Assembly: GCA_964004625.1 (NCBI GenBank)
Contig: CAXFOB010000039.1
Location: 12,727 to 76,726, forward strand
Source of the DNA: an uncultured Flavobacteriales bacterium
Lineage (GTDB): Bacteria > Bacteroidota > Bacteroidia > Flavobacteriales > BACL11
Reading direction: 5' to 3'
DNA length: 64,000 nt
Shown here: positions 27,337-37,395 of the stretch, in pieces
Numbering within the stretch: the first letter of the stretch is position 1
How the letters are laid out: each line of letters opens with the position of its first letter
Notes under the pieces: model-generated
What the model saw: only the letters and a program-made list of their open reading frames with translations
Databases searched by the model: none
Told to the model about the DNA's origin: nothing
Translations under genes and position numbers: made by a program

Positions 27337-28224
27337 TTAATTGGACTTTTCAAACACATATATTGTACTCGAAAACCCTCTTTTTGTAAAAAACCCATAT
27401 AAATTTGATAGAAATCCGATAAAAATAGCTGTGATAAAATTCTTTTTTTTACTTTTATGTTCTTCGCTCAACATAGAAACATAAAAGGAATCATATTTCA
27501 TTCCTTTTGTTTTTCTCAAACTAAATCCATGCTTTTTGAAAAGTTTTATAATACTCTCTTTAGAAAAATGATATAAATGAATAGGTAAATCGTATGCAGC
27601 CCAATATTTTTTATAATAAGAGGCGTCAAAACTTTCCAGGTTAGGAACTGCAATTATTGCTTTTCCATGATTTGAAAGTAAGCGTTTTAATTCTGAAACA
27701 GTTGTGTTTAACTCAGTAACATGTTCTAATACATGCCACAATGTAATCACGTCAAATTCTCCCTTTATATCTCTTAAATCAATAGATTCTTCAACATCCA
27801 AATTATAGTTTACTATAGCTTGTTTTCTTGCAATTTCACTAGGTTCTATACCTTTTGTTACCCATTTCTCCGTTTTACACTTATTTAAGAAATCTCCTGT
27901 ACCACATCCAATATCTAAGATTCGTCCTTTCTTTTTAAATCTAGAAATTAAATTGTATTTCCCTTTAATTGCTATTCTTCTTACCAGTTGATAGACTTTC
28001 TCAAATAGATTTTTTCTTGTGTTGTTATGAGAGATATAATGATCAGAAATATAATATCTTGCTAGTTCCTCATTTTTTGGTCTTGGATTGGTAAAATGGA
28101 AGTTACAATTTTTACATTTAAGAATAGTAAAATTTTCGTTACTCACAGAAAAATCTTTACTTGTAAGATGTTCTTCAAAACTTGTAGAGTCACAAATTAA
28201 ACAGTTTTTAATCACCCTCATCAC
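27337..28224 (-). CDS. class I SAM-dependent methyltransferase with N-terminal zinc ribbon
   Basis: 295 aa. CLICDS...CKNCNF zinc ribbon, SAM motif I ILDIGCGTGDF, then DVITLWHVLEHV. Its start overlaps the mnmG stop (ATGA). Confidence 0.85.
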   Translation of the reverse strand: MMRVIKNCLICDSTSFEEHLTSKDFSVSNENFTILKCKNCNFHFTNPRPKNEELARYYISDHYISHNNTRKNLFEKVYQLVRRIAIKGKYNLISRFKKKGRILDIGCGTGDFLNKCKTEKWVTKGIEPSEIARKQAIVNYNLDVEESIDLRDIKGEFDVITLWHVLEHVTELNTTVSELKRLLSNHGKAIIAVPNLESFDASYYKKYWAAYDLPIHLYHFSKESIIKLFKKHGFSLRKTKGMKYDSFYVSMLSEEHKSKKKNFITAIFIGFLSNLYGFFTKRGFSSTIYVFEKSN

Positions 28225-30092
28225 CTTCCAATATATATTAACAAAATATTTATGTCTGAAACAGAAACCCCACTAATTCTAGAAGCTTGACCTATAGTTT
28301 TTGGTTTTATTTCACTTAACTTTTCTCTACCCTCTGTAGAAACCGAATGTAGTTTAGTGTAATCAAAATCTTTAGGAATATTTATTTTTTCCAATTTACT
28401 AAACCTGTTAGCAGCATCCTTTTCTTTATTTATATATCCGCTATATTTTATTTCTATTTCTGTTTGTGTTATAGAGTCTTCTGCAATCTTGTTCTCTTCT
28501 ACAAAAGATTTTAAACTTTCTACTATAAGCAAATCTTTCATCCAAACATGGGGCCTTGATAAAACACTTTTCATTTTAACCTTTTGTTTTAATAAAGAAC
28601 TTCCCTTTTGTTCCAAAACTTCATTTATATCTTCGGGACTAATACTTTGTTTTTCTAGGAATGTAGTAAGTAAATTACTTTTTTCTATTTTAGTTTTCAA
28701 ACTATCTAGTCTTTCCTTATTTGCTAATCCCAGTCTAAATCCTTTTTCCGTTAATCTTACATCTGCATTATCTTGTCTGAGTAATAATCTGTATTCAGCT
28801 CTAGAAGTAAACATTCTATATGGTTCTTCTGTTCCTTTTGTGATCAGATCATCAATTAGTACCCCAATATATGCTTCTGATCTATTCAGGATAAACTCTC
28901 CTTTGTTATAATTTTTTTGGTGTGAGTTAATTCCCGCAATTAATCCTTGACAAGCAGCTTCTTCATATCCTGTTGTTCCGTTTATCTGTCCAGAAAAATA
29001 TAGGTTTTCTATAAGTTTTGTTTCTAGTGTATGTTTTAACTGAGTTGGTGGGAAATAATCGTATTCAATAGCATATCCCGCTCTGAACATCTTTACATTT
29101 TCCAAACCTTTAATTTTTCTCAAAGCTTTTAGTTGTACGTCTTCCGGTAATGAGGTGGAAAATCCGTTTAAATATATTTCAACCGTTTTAACTCCCTCTG
29201 GCTCAATAAAAAGCTGGTGTCTGTTTTTATCTGAAAACCTTTCTATTTTATCTTCAATAGAGGGACAATACCTTGGACCAAGTCCTTTTATTCTACCTGT
29301 AAACATAGGAGATTTTTCAAAACCCTCTTTTAATATATTGTGAACTTCATCTGATGTATATGTAATAAAACAACTATGTTCCGAACTTAGAGAGTTTGTT
29401 TCGGTATACGAAAATTTATCTGGATTTAGATCTCCTGATTGCTCCTCTGTTTTAGAGTAGTCGATAGTTCTCCCGTCTAATCTTGGAGGAGTTCCCGTCT
29501 TCATTCTACCATGTGTAAACCCTAATTCAATTAATTGTTTTGTAATTCCTCTAGAGTTTGGCTCTCCAGATCTCCCGCCTTCATAATTCTTTTCCCCTAA
29601 ATGGATTAGTCCATTCATAAAAGTTCCGTTGCATAAAACAACAGATTTAGAGTAAATAGCAATCCCCATTTTAGTCATTATTCCAATCGCTTTGTTTTCT
29701 TCAATCAAAAGTTCATAAACCATGTCTTGCCAAAAATCAATATTTGGATTTGACTCTAGTTTCTCTCTCCATTTTTGTTCAAACACCTTTCTGTCGCACT
29801 GAGCTCTTGGACTCCACATAGCGGGCCCTTTGGATCGGTTAAGCATTCTGAACTGAATTGAAGACTCATCTGTAATGATCCCAGATAGCCCGCCAAGAGC
29901 GTCTATCTCTCGTATAATTTGACCCTTAGCAATCCCCCCCATTGCAGGATTACAAGACATTCTAGCTATTGTTTCCAAACTCTGTGTTACCAATAAGGTT
30001 TTAGACCCTAATGTTGCGGCAGCATGAGCAGCTTCACATCCAGCATGCCCCCCTCCGACCACTATTAAATCATATTTTTCTTCTAAAATCAT
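28221..30092 (-). CDS. mnmG: tRNA uridine-5-carboxymethylaminomethyl(34) synthesis enzyme MnmG
   Basis: 623 aa. FAD motif VVGGGHAGCEAA and conserved GidA blocks (CNPAMGGIAKG, GPRYCPSIEDK). Confidence 0.97.
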   Translation of the reverse strand: MILEEKYDLIVVGGGHAGCEAAHAAATLGSKTLLVTQSLETIARMSCNPAMGGIAKGQIIREIDALGGLSGIITDESSIQFRMLNRSKGPAMWSPRAQCDRKVFEQKWREKLESNPNIDFWQDMVYELLIEENKAIGIMTKMGIAIYSKSVVLCNGTFMNGLIHLGEKNYEGGRSGEPNSRGITKQLIELGFTHGRMKTGTPPRLDGRTIDYSKTEEQSGDLNPDKFSYTETNSLSSEHSCFITYTSDEVHNILKEGFEKSPMFTGRIKGLGPRYCPSIEDKIERFSDKNRHQLFIEPEGVKTVEIYLNGFSTSLPEDVQLKALRKIKGLENVKMFRAGYAIEYDYFPPTQLKHTLETKLIENLYFSGQINGTTGYEEAACQGLIAGINSHQKNYNKGEFILNRSEAYIGVLIDDLITKGTEEPYRMFTSRAEYRLLLRQDNADVRLTEKGFRLGLANKERLDSLKTKIEKSNLLTTFLEKQSISPEDINEVLEQKGSSLLKQKVKMKSVLSRPHVWMKDLLIVESLKSFVEENKIAEDSITQTEIEIKYSGYINKEKDAANRFSKLEKINIPKDFDYTKLHSVSTEGREKLSEIKPKTIGQASRISGVSVSDINILLIYIGR

Positions 30093-30136
30093 AATTGTTT
30101 CACATGAAACAAGATACGTAAATAACTGTTTTTCAA

Positions 30137-30550
30137 TTAATTACACAGCTTTTTTAAATAAAAATTTTCTTTTTCTCTCATTAATTTCTTTTCTTTTTCC
30201 GTTTTATCATCATACCCAATTAAATGTAATATTCCATGAATCATTACTCTATGTAACTCTTCAGAAAAAGAGTTGTCAAAAATAGTAGAATTTTCTTTAA
30301 CCCTATCAATACTTATCATAATATCTGAAGTGATGATTTGTCCTTTACAATAATTAAATGTAATTATATCGGTTAATGTATCGTGGTCTAAATATTTAAT
30401 ATTTTTTTCGAGTAGGTATTCGTCTGAGCAGAAAATATAATTTATCTCCCCCATTTCTTTGTTTTCAGATGTGATCACTTTTTTTATCCACCTTCGTAAT
30501 TCTTGCTGATTCTGTAAAACAAATTCTATTTCATTATGAAAGTTTATCAT
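30137..30550 (-). CDS. ybeY: rRNA maturation RNase YbeY
   Basis: 137 aa. Metal-binding motif HGILHLIGYDD. Confidence 0.92.
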   Translation of the reverse strand: MINFHNEIEFVLQNQQELRRWIKKVITSENKEMGEINYIFCSDEYLLEKNIKYLDHDTLTDIITFNYCKGQIITSDIMISIDRVKENSTIFDNSFSEELHRVMIHGILHLIGYDDKTEKEKKLMREKENFYLKKLCN

Positions 30551-30551
30551 T

Positions 30552-33500
30552 TTATTCTTCCGATATTTTGTTAAAATACTTATTCACCTTCTCTTTATAA
30601 AAAGGATTTAATTGAACAGGAGTTGTTTTGAGTAGTTCTTCTTGTTCCTTCTTTTTTTGAATGTAATCTAAATACTCTGAGTTGTTATTTTTTATTTCAT
30701 AATTCCATTCTATCGATTCTCTTTTTTCTTCTTCTCCCTTTTCACGTTGAGCATTTTCTGCTTCTAACAATTTTGTAAGTATTTCTTCTTGTCTCAACAA
30801 GGTTTCGTTAGTTATATTGTTATTTAATATATCCGTTTCATTTTCATCCATTTTTTCTAATATCCTGTCAATGTTTCCTTTCTCTCCACTCTCCCCAATT
30901 TCATTTCTAAGTTCTTGCAATCTTTTTCTTATTTGTTGTTGTTTTATAGCCATCTGCATTAACTCTCTACTCTCTGTTTCATCTGCTTTTTTATCTCCTT
31001 TTTTCTTTCCCTTCTTGCCATCTTCTCCACTTTTCCCCTGCATTTCTTTCTTTAGGTTTTCTTGCATTTTTTGTAATTCTTTCAGAGAAGGTTGAGAAGA
31101 ATTTCCTGGTTTATTACACTGTTTAGTCCCAGGTGTTTTATTTGCCATTTCCATCTGCATTTGTTTCAAGGTTTCAGAAAGCAAAAGAGCAAGATTATTT
31201 ACAGACGTCATTACAAATTGCTGTTTGGAAACCCCTAAATTAATCTTCCTTTCTTCTAGTAAGGAAATGGATTTTTCGATGTTATAATTTATAGAACTAA
31301 TTTCTTTATTTATAATAGATTCAATCTGAACAACCCTTTTACTTAGCGCAAATAAGGAGTCTTCAACTATTTGAGAGTTGTCTGACAATTCTTTTTGTTT
31401 TTTAATATACTTTACAATACTGTTACTGTTTTTAGGTAATGAAGAAATACTATGAATCAATTCCTCTTGTTCAAATGATAGGGTAATTAAATTTTCTAAA
31501 ATTTGACGTAAGGTTTCCATGTCCTCCACAGGCTTACTATTTGAGCAAGAACTTTGTAATCCTGCCATTGCATCCACCATTTCATCTAAATTTTTTATAG
31601 CTTCTTCTTGTTTTTTGCTAGATTTCTTCTTTTGTTGCTTTTCTAAGGACTCTTTACTTTCCTGCATAGCTTCTGATGCCTTCTGTTGTCTTTCTTGCGT
31701 ATTTGGGACTTCTTTTTTATCCTCTAATTCAGAATTCTTCTGTTCAAGATCTTTTATACTTTCTTTTAATTTACTTAATTCCTCTTGTAGCTCTTCTTGT
31801 TCTTTAGATAATTTTTCAGAGGAGGATTCTTTTTCCTTAGTTTTTTCTTTTAACTCCTCCTGTTTCTTTCTCAGATTATCTATTTTTTCTATAGTTTCTT
31901 CTAGTTTTTGTTCAAATTCTAGTTCCTTATATAGTTCCAGGTTTCTATCGAGTTCTTTTTCTAAATCTGTATTTTCTTTCTCTAATTTATCTAATACTTC
32001 CTTCATCTCCTCTTTATTCATTTCTTCCAAAAGCTCCTGTAGTTCCTCCATCAATTTTTTACTTTCTTCATCCAATACTTTATCCATTAACTCTTCTAAT
32101 TGTTTTTGTTTTTCCAAAATAGAGGAGTTTAATTTCTCTTTAGTTTTATTATTCTTATTGTTTCTTTTATTACTTTCTATTATCTGTTCTTCTAACTGTT
32201 TCTGTTTTTTAATAATGTTTTCCGCTTTCTTTTTTTCTTCCCACCCCAAAGATTTTTTATCAATCAAGGATTTTTTCAAATCCTCTATATCTTTTTGTAT
32301 TTCATTTGCAAGTTGAATAGAATTATCTAGTTTTTCTTTTATTTTCCCATCTTCCTTATCTGTTATTTCGTTTAACTCATCTAATGATAGCTCGCTATGT
32401 TTCCCTGTATAACTTTTTGTAGATTTTCTACCATTAATATCATCATTATCCCAAACTTCAAAGTAATAATTAAGTTTGTCGGAAGGAGAGAGGTTTAGGG
32501 TGTTTAAATCTAAATAATGATAATAATTTTCCTCAGAATTATTATTTATTAAGATATTATCATTTATAATGTAACTACTATCTTTTAGAACAACTTCATA
32601 AATAAATTTTAATTCAGATACAGAATAATCATCAGAAATTGTTCCGTTAAAAAATAATTGATTGTTAAGCGTGTCCAATTTTGTTTCTAAGATAATTTTA
32701 GGAAATTCATCCGGTAAAATTGTAATAAAATAATTAGTCTTTTCTGAATGTATATTTTTATTTAAAGTAGAAATAGAATAAGAACCACTTTGTAATGCTG
32801 ATTTTTTTATAAATAAACGATTATTAATAATTTCATATTTTTCATACTTATCATTAAAAACAAACAGAACAGAATCCGTGTTTTTTAATTGAAAATCCCA
32901 ATTAACTATTGTTCCTTCAGGAAGCGTAAAATCACCAATATTATTCAGTTTTTCATCTTTTAATTTGGTATATTTTGGGTAATCTAAAAAGGTGTTAAAT
33001 TCCAAAACGCTAGGTTTAAGTAAAGATTTTAGTTTGTACTTTTCAGAATAAAACCCATCAGCATATAATTTAAATTCTATGTCAGAAATCACATTTTTAA
33101 ATAAAAAGTGAAAACTACTAATTCCCTCTTTTGCTAAACTAAATTTGTTTCCATTTAATTCTATATAAATAGTATTTGGGATTTTACTACCTAAAACTGA
33201 CACATTTAGCGTGAAATCTTCTTGTTGTATACTTTCTAATGCTTCGTTTTCAATCAGAAAAGTAAAAGGCGCTTGTGGAATATAGTCGGTATCATGATTA
33301 ATAATTCTGGCAGAACTTTCAGTTATTATATGTTTGTTTCCTGTAATAAAAAAAATAATTATAAATAAAGAGGGTAAAGCAATCCATTTCAGATATTTTC
33401 TGTTTTCTTTAAAATTGATACTATTTCTGAAAGAAAAAGATTGAATACTCTTTGTCTTGTGAGTAATACTAGCCTGTATTAGTAGATTGTCAGAATCCGA

Positions 33501-33857
33501 CAATTCGTTCAATTGTAAAATGTTGAGTATCTTATCATCAATTTCTGGGAAATGTTCTCCAATAATTTTAGCAGCATCAGAATATTTTATGGTTTTACCA
33601 AGTCGGAATAACTGTGATACAGGAACAACAATAAATTTAATTAATATAATTAGATTTATTGCAAAATAAATCCAAAACAACACGCTTCTTCCCCTGGTAC
33701 TAAACCTAGAAAAATATTCTATAATAGAGAAAAATAATAGAAAAATTAATAAGGTTGCAGATAAAAATATTAGTCCCTTAAGGATTTTATTTTTATAATA
33801 CTTATTGATAAATCTATTTAACTTATCAAACAATAAATTATTTTTACTTTTTTTCAT
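30552..33857 (-). CDS. large membrane-anchored protein with a long E/K-rich coiled coil (DUF4175-like)
   Basis: About 1100 aa. N-terminal TM helices, a beta-rich middle and a several-hundred-residue E/K/Q-rich helical segment. I prefer ATG at 33857 (MKKSKNN...), because the track's TTG start at 33875 lies upstream of a -7 box. Confidence 0.6.
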   Translation of the reverse strand: MKKSKNNLLFDKLNRFINKYYKNKILKGLIFLSATLLIFLLFFSIIEYFSRFSTRGRSVLFWIYFAINLIILIKFIVVPVSQLFRLGKTIKYSDAAKIIGEHFPEIDDKILNILQLNELSDSDNLLIQASITHKTKSIQSFSFRNSINFKENRKYLKWIALPSLFIIIFFITGNKHIITESSARIINHDTDYIPQAPFTFLIENEALESIQQEDFTLNVSVLGSKIPNTIYIELNGNKFSLAKEGISSFHFLFKNVISDIEFKLYADGFYSEKYKLKSLLKPSVLEFNTFLDYPKYTKLKDEKLNNIGDFTLPEGTIVNWDFQLKNTDSVLFVFNDKYEKYEIINNRLFIKKSALQSGSYSISTLNKNIHSEKTNYFITILPDEFPKIILETKLDTLNNQLFFNGTISDDYSVSELKFIYEVVLKDSSYIINDNILINNNSEENYYHYLDLNTLNLSPSDKLNYYFEVWDNDDINGRKSTKSYTGKHSELSLDELNEITDKEDGKIKEKLDNSIQLANEIQKDIEDLKKSLIDKKSLGWEEKKKAENIIKKQKQLEEQIIESNKRNNKNNKTKEKLNSSILEKQKQLEELMDKVLDEESKKLMEELQELLEEMNKEEMKEVLDKLEKENTDLEKELDRNLELYKELEFEQKLEETIEKIDNLRKKQEELKEKTKEKESSSEKLSKEQEELQEELSKLKESIKDLEQKNSELEDKKEVPNTQERQQKASEAMQESKESLEKQQKKKSSKKQEEAIKNLDEMVDAMAGLQSSCSNSKPVEDMETLRQILENLITLSFEQEELIHSISSLPKNSNSIVKYIKKQKELSDNSQIVEDSLFALSKRVVQIESIINKEISSINYNIEKSISLLEERKINLGVSKQQFVMTSVNNLALLLSETLKQMQMEMANKTPGTKQCNKPGNSSQPSLKELQKMQENLKKEMQGKSGEDGKKGKKKGDKKADETESRELMQMAIKQQQIRKRLQELRNEIGESGEKGNIDRILEKMDENETDILNNNITNETLLRQEEILTKLLEAENAQREKGEEEKRESIEWNYEIKNNNSEYLDYIQKKKEQEELLKTTPVQLNPFYKEKVNKYFNKISEE

Positions 33858-33864
33858 TACAATG

Positions 33865-33872
33865 CAAAAATA
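33865..33872 (-). promoter_or_regulatory. -7 box TAttTTTG (minus strand), 7 nt upstream of ATG 33857
   Basis: The plus strand reads CAAAAATA, an exact TAnnTTTG on the minus strand. Confidence 0.4.
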
Positions 33873-33916
33873 CAATTTTATATCTGTTAAAGATAAACGA
33901 ATACTTTTGTAAGTAT

Positions 33917-33924
33917 TATATTTG
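33917..33924 (+). promoter_or_regulatory. -7 box TAtaTTTG, 20 nt upstream of gltX
   Basis: Exact TAnnTTTG in the divergent 87-nt spacer. Confidence 0.45.
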
Positions 33925-33944
33925 CCTTCAAAATAAAAGTAAAG

Positions 33945-35468
33945 ATGTCAGAAGTAAGAGTTAGATTTGCACCAAGCCCTACAGGACCATTACATATAGG
34001 AGGAGTTAGAACCGCATTGTATAATTATCTTTTTGCAAAAAATAAAGGAGGAAAAATGATTTTGCGTATTGAAGATACAGATCAGACTCGTCTTGTGAAG
34101 GGTGCGGAGGAATACTTAATAGACGCACTTAAATGGTGTGGTATTGAGTTGGACGAATCCGTAGTTGATGGTGGTGATTTCGGACCCTACAAACAATCTG
34201 AAAGAAAAGCAATGTATCTTCCATATGCAGAGAAATTAGTAAAAGATGGATTTGCGTATTACGCTTTTGATACTTCAGAAGAACTTACCTTAATGAGAGA
34301 GAAAATGAAATCTGCAGGAGTTTCTTCTCCACAATACAATGCGGTTACAAGAACAACAATGAAAAATTCATTATCCCTTTCAGAAACAGAAGTGCAAAAA
34401 AGAATGGATGCAGGAGATCCTTATGTTATAAGAATAAAAATGCCTAGAAATGAAGAGGTGAAATTAAACGATACAATCAGAGGTTGGGTTATTGTCAATA
34501 CCAATAATATGGATGATAAAGTTATCTTTAAGTCTGATGGAATGCCAACCTATCATTTAGCAAATGTAGTAGACGATTATACCATGAAAATTTCTCATGT
34601 AATAAGAGGAGAGGAGTGGCTTCCTTCAGCTCCACTTCATGTTTTGTTGTACAGGTATTTAGGTTGGGAGAATGAAATGCCTGAATTTGCACATTTACCT
34701 TTAATTTTAAAGCCGGATGGAAATGGAAAGTTAAGTAAAAGAGATGGAGACCGATTAGGTTTTCCTGTATTTCCTATAGAGTGGATAAACCCTGAAACAG
34801 GAGATGTCAGTTCAGGATATAGAGAAAGTGGATATTTACCAGAAGCATTTGTTAATATGTTGGTTTTTTTAGGATGGAATCCAGGAACTCCCCAGGAATT
34901 ATTTTCAATGGAAGAATTATGCGATATCTTTTCTTTAGAAAGGGTCGGGAAATCAGGAGCAAAGTTTGATTTTGATAAAACAAGATGGTTTAATCAACAA
35001 TATTTACGAGCAAAAACGAAAGAAGATTTAGCAAAGGATTTACAAGTAATCTTAAAACAAAATGGGGTAGAGGCTAATGCTGATTATGTTGGAAGAGTTT
35101 GTGAGCAATTAAAAGAAAGAGCGACATTTATAAAAGACATGTGGGAAGAAGGGAAATACTATTTTGTAACCCCTACATCTTATGATGAAAAAACAATTCG
35201 TAAAAAATGGAAAGAGGGCACACCTAATTTATTGTCAGAATTTAAAAACAGGATAGAAGCAGTTTCAGATTTTTCATCTGAGAATATTGAAAAAGAATTT
35301 AAATCTTACTTAGAACAAAAAGAGTTAGGAATGGGTAAGTTGCTACCTGCATTTAGAGTTTCTTTAACAGGACTTGGAATGGGGCCTTCTTTATTTGATA
35401 TTGCATCTCTTTTAGGCAAAGACGAAACAATAAAAAGAATGGAAACTGCTTTAGAAAAAATAAACTAA
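33945..35468 (+). CDS. gltX: glutamate--tRNA ligase
   Basis: 507 aa. HIGH-type motif PSPTGPLHIGGVRTAL and KMSKS-type KLSKR. Confidence 0.97.
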   Translation: MSEVRVRFAPSPTGPLHIGGVRTALYNYLFAKNKGGKMILRIEDTDQTRLVKGAEEYLIDALKWCGIELDESVVDGGDFGPYKQSERKAMYLPYAEKLVKDGFAYYAFDTSEELTLMREKMKSAGVSSPQYNAVTRTTMKNSLSLSETEVQKRMDAGDPYVIRIKMPRNEEVKLNDTIRGWVIVNTNNMDDKVIFKSDGMPTYHLANVVDDYTMKISHVIRGEEWLPSAPLHVLLYRYLGWENEMPEFAHLPLILKPDGNGKLSKRDGDRLGFPVFPIEWINPETGDVSSGYRESGYLPEAFVNMLVFLGWNPGTPQELFSMEELCDIFSLERVGKSGAKFDFDKTRWFNQQYLRAKTKEDLAKDLQVILKQNGVEANADYVGRVCEQLKERATFIKDMWEEGKYYFVTPTSYDEKTIRKKWKEGTPNLLSEFKNRIEAVSDFSSENIEKEFKSYLEQKELGMGKLLPAFRVSLTGLGMGPSLFDIASLLGKDETIKRMETALEKIN

Positions 35469-35821
35469 TGGGATTAATTACAGTAGAGGGGATTAGAGTT
35501 TTTGCGTATCACGGACATTTACCTGAAGAAAAAAAATTAGGGGGTCATTTTATTGTGAATGTATGGGTTAATGCAGAAACTTCTGAAGTTGAAAAAACAG
35601 ATGATTTGAACGACACAGTGGACTATGTGAAAATCATTGAAGTTGTAAACGAGCAAATGGCAATCAGAGCTGACATGATTGAAGTTCCCACAAAAAGAAT
35701 TGTTGATACAATCTTATCTTTAAATAAAGTGAAAAAAGTTAAAGTCGAGTTAGAAAAAATCCAACCACCAATTGATGCAACATTTGATAAGATTTCAGTA
35801 ACCGCTACTGGTGAAAACTAA
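35468..35821 (+). CDS. folB: dihydroneopterin aldolase
   Basis: 117 aa. Start pattern I.V.GIRVFAYHG...EEK..G..F.V is typical of FolB. Coupled to the gltX stop as TAATG. Confidence 0.85.
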   Translation: MGLITVEGIRVFAYHGHLPEEKKLGGHFIVNVWVNAETSEVEKTDDLNDTVDYVKIIEVVNEQMAIRADMIEVPTKRIVDTILSLNKVKKVKVELEKIQPPIDATFDKISVTATGEN

Positions 35822-37353
35822 TCTAAATACTTAGCAATATTTACTTTTTCAGAAATGAAGGAATGTAATTTTTCCACTAAAACTCTTTCTTGACTCATAG
35901 AATCTCTATCACGTAAAGTTACCGTATTATCTTCTAATGTTTGATGGTCAATCGTAATACAGAATGGGGTTCCAATCGCATCTTGTCTTCTGTATCGTTT
36001 TCCGATAGAATCTTTGTCTTCATACTGGCAATTGAAATCAATTTGTAACATTTTCATAATATCTCTTGCTTTTTCTGGCATTCCATCTTTCTTAGTTAGC
36101 GGAAGAATAGCCGCTTTTACAGGCGCTAAAACCGCAGGGATTTTAAGTACAACCCTACTTTCTCCATTTTCCAATTTTTCTTCAAGGAAGGAATGACTTA
36201 AAACAGTAAGAAACATTCTGTCTAGCCCGATAGAAGTTTCTACTACGTAAGGAACATAACTTTTGTTTAATTCAGGATCAAAATATTGTAGTTTTTTTCC
36301 AGAATGTTCTTGATGTGCTTTTAAATCAAAATCTGTTCTGGAATGGATTCCCTCTAATTCTTTAAATCCGAATGGGAACTTAAACTCAATATCAGTAGCC
36401 GCGTTTGCATAATGCGCTAAAGTTTCATGATTATGAAAACGATAGTTATCTTTCCCCATTCCAAGAGATTGGTGCCAATTCATACGGAATTCTTTCCAGT
36501 AATTGTACCATTTCATTTCTTCTCCTGGGCGAACAAAAAATTGCATTTCCATTTGTTCGAATTCTCTCATCCTGAAAATAAACTGACGAGCAACAATTTC
36601 ATTACGAAAGGCTTTTCCGATTTGAGCAATCCCAAAAGGGACTTTCATTCGAGCAGTTTTTTGCACATTTAAAAAGTTTACAAAAATTCCTTGAGCAGTT
36701 TCTGGACGTAAATACAAATCGGAAGACGTGTCTACAGTAGCTCCCATTTGGGTTTTAAACATCAAATTAAACTGACGAACATCAGTCCAATTATTTGTTC
36801 CTGAAACAGGACATTTTATATCTAAATTTTCAATTAAAGATTTTACATTTTCCAGATTTCCAGAAGAAAGAGAGATTTTCATCTTTTCAATGATTTCATC
36901 AATTTTTTTCTGCCTTTCTATAACCCTCTCATTAGTGGAAACAAATTCTTCTCTATTAAAATTATCTCCAAAACGCTTAGCGGCTTTTACACAATCTTTT
37001 TCAATTTTTGCTTCAATTTTTGCAATATGATCTTCAATCAAAACATCTGCACGATATCTTTTTTTAGAGTTTTTATTATCAATTAAAGGGTCGTTAAAAG
37101 CATCAATATGACCAGAAGCTTTCCAACTAGTAGGATGCATGAAAATTGCAGCATCTAATCCTACAATATTTTCGTGCATATTTACCATGGATTTCCACCA
37201 ATAGTTTTTGATGTTGTTTTTTAACTCCACTCCATTTGGCCCATAATCGTAAGCAGCTGATAATCCATCATAAATTTCTGAGGATTGAAATACATATCCA
37301 TACTCTTTAGCATGTGCCACTACTTTTTTAAAGATGTCTTCATAATTTGCCAT
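35818..37353 (-). CDS. glyQS: glycine--tRNA ligase (single-chain GlyQS type)
   Basis: Class II aaRS motifs (FRNEI..R.GIFRMREFEQMEMQFF). I prefer ATG at 37353 (MANYEDIF...), because the track's TTG at 37374 lies upstream of the -7 box at 37358-37365. Confidence 0.95.
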   Translation of the reverse strand: MANYEDIFKKVVAHAKEYGYVFQSSEIYDGLSAAYDYGPNGVELKNNIKNYWWKSMVNMHENIVGLDAAIFMHPTSWKASGHIDAFNDPLIDNKNSKKRYRADVLIEDHIAKIEAKIEKDCVKAAKRFGDNFNREEFVSTNERVIERQKKIDEIIEKMKISLSSGNLENVKSLIENLDIKCPVSGTNNWTDVRQFNLMFKTQMGATVDTSSDLYLRPETAQGIFVNFLNVQKTARMKVPFGIAQIGKAFRNEIVARQFIFRMREFEQMEMQFFVRPGEEMKWYNYWKEFRMNWHQSLGMGKDNYRFHNHETLAHYANAATDIEFKFPFGFKELEGIHSRTDFDLKAHQEHSGKKLQYFDPELNKSYVPYVVETSIGLDRMFLTVLSHSFLEEKLENGESRVVLKIPAVLAPVKAAILPLTKKDGMPEKARDIMKMLQIDFNCQYEDKDSIGKRYRRQDAIGTPFCITIDHQTLEDNTVTLRDRDSMSQERVLVEKLHSFISEKVNIAKYLD

Positions 37354-37357
37354 GCCA

Positions 37358-37365
37358 CAAAAATA
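37358..37365 (-). promoter_or_regulatory. -7 box TAttTTTG (minus strand), 4 nt upstream of the glyQS ATG
   Basis: The minus strand reads TATTTTTG-TGGC-ATG. Confidence 0.45.
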
Positions 37366-37387
37366 GTAAATCAAACTATTATTTGTG

Positions 37388-37395
37388 TAGATTTG
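37388..37395 (+). promoter_or_regulatory. -7 box TAgaTTTG, 4 nt upstream of the DUF3109 gene ATG
   Basis: The plus strand reads TAGATTTG-CTAT-ATG. Confidence 0.45.

Noticed and set aside
28489-28911. 140-aa ORF antisense to mnmG, together with the many other 60-130-aa track ORFs nested antisense or out of frame in strong genes (e.g. 32-424, 3607-3801, 38650-38943, 61011-61370, 63280-63528)
   Set aside because: Each lies wholly inside a gene with unambiguous conserved motifs on the other strand or frame. Their compositions are low-complexity with no recognisable motifs.
31519-32316. 265-aa S/F/C-rich plus-strand ORF, with a similar one at 30817-31095
   Set aside because: It is antisense to the E/K-rich segment of the giant coiled-coil gene. 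GAA/AAG/GAG codons read as TTC/CTT/CTC on the other strand and rarely give stops, so the low-complexity output is a mirror artefact.
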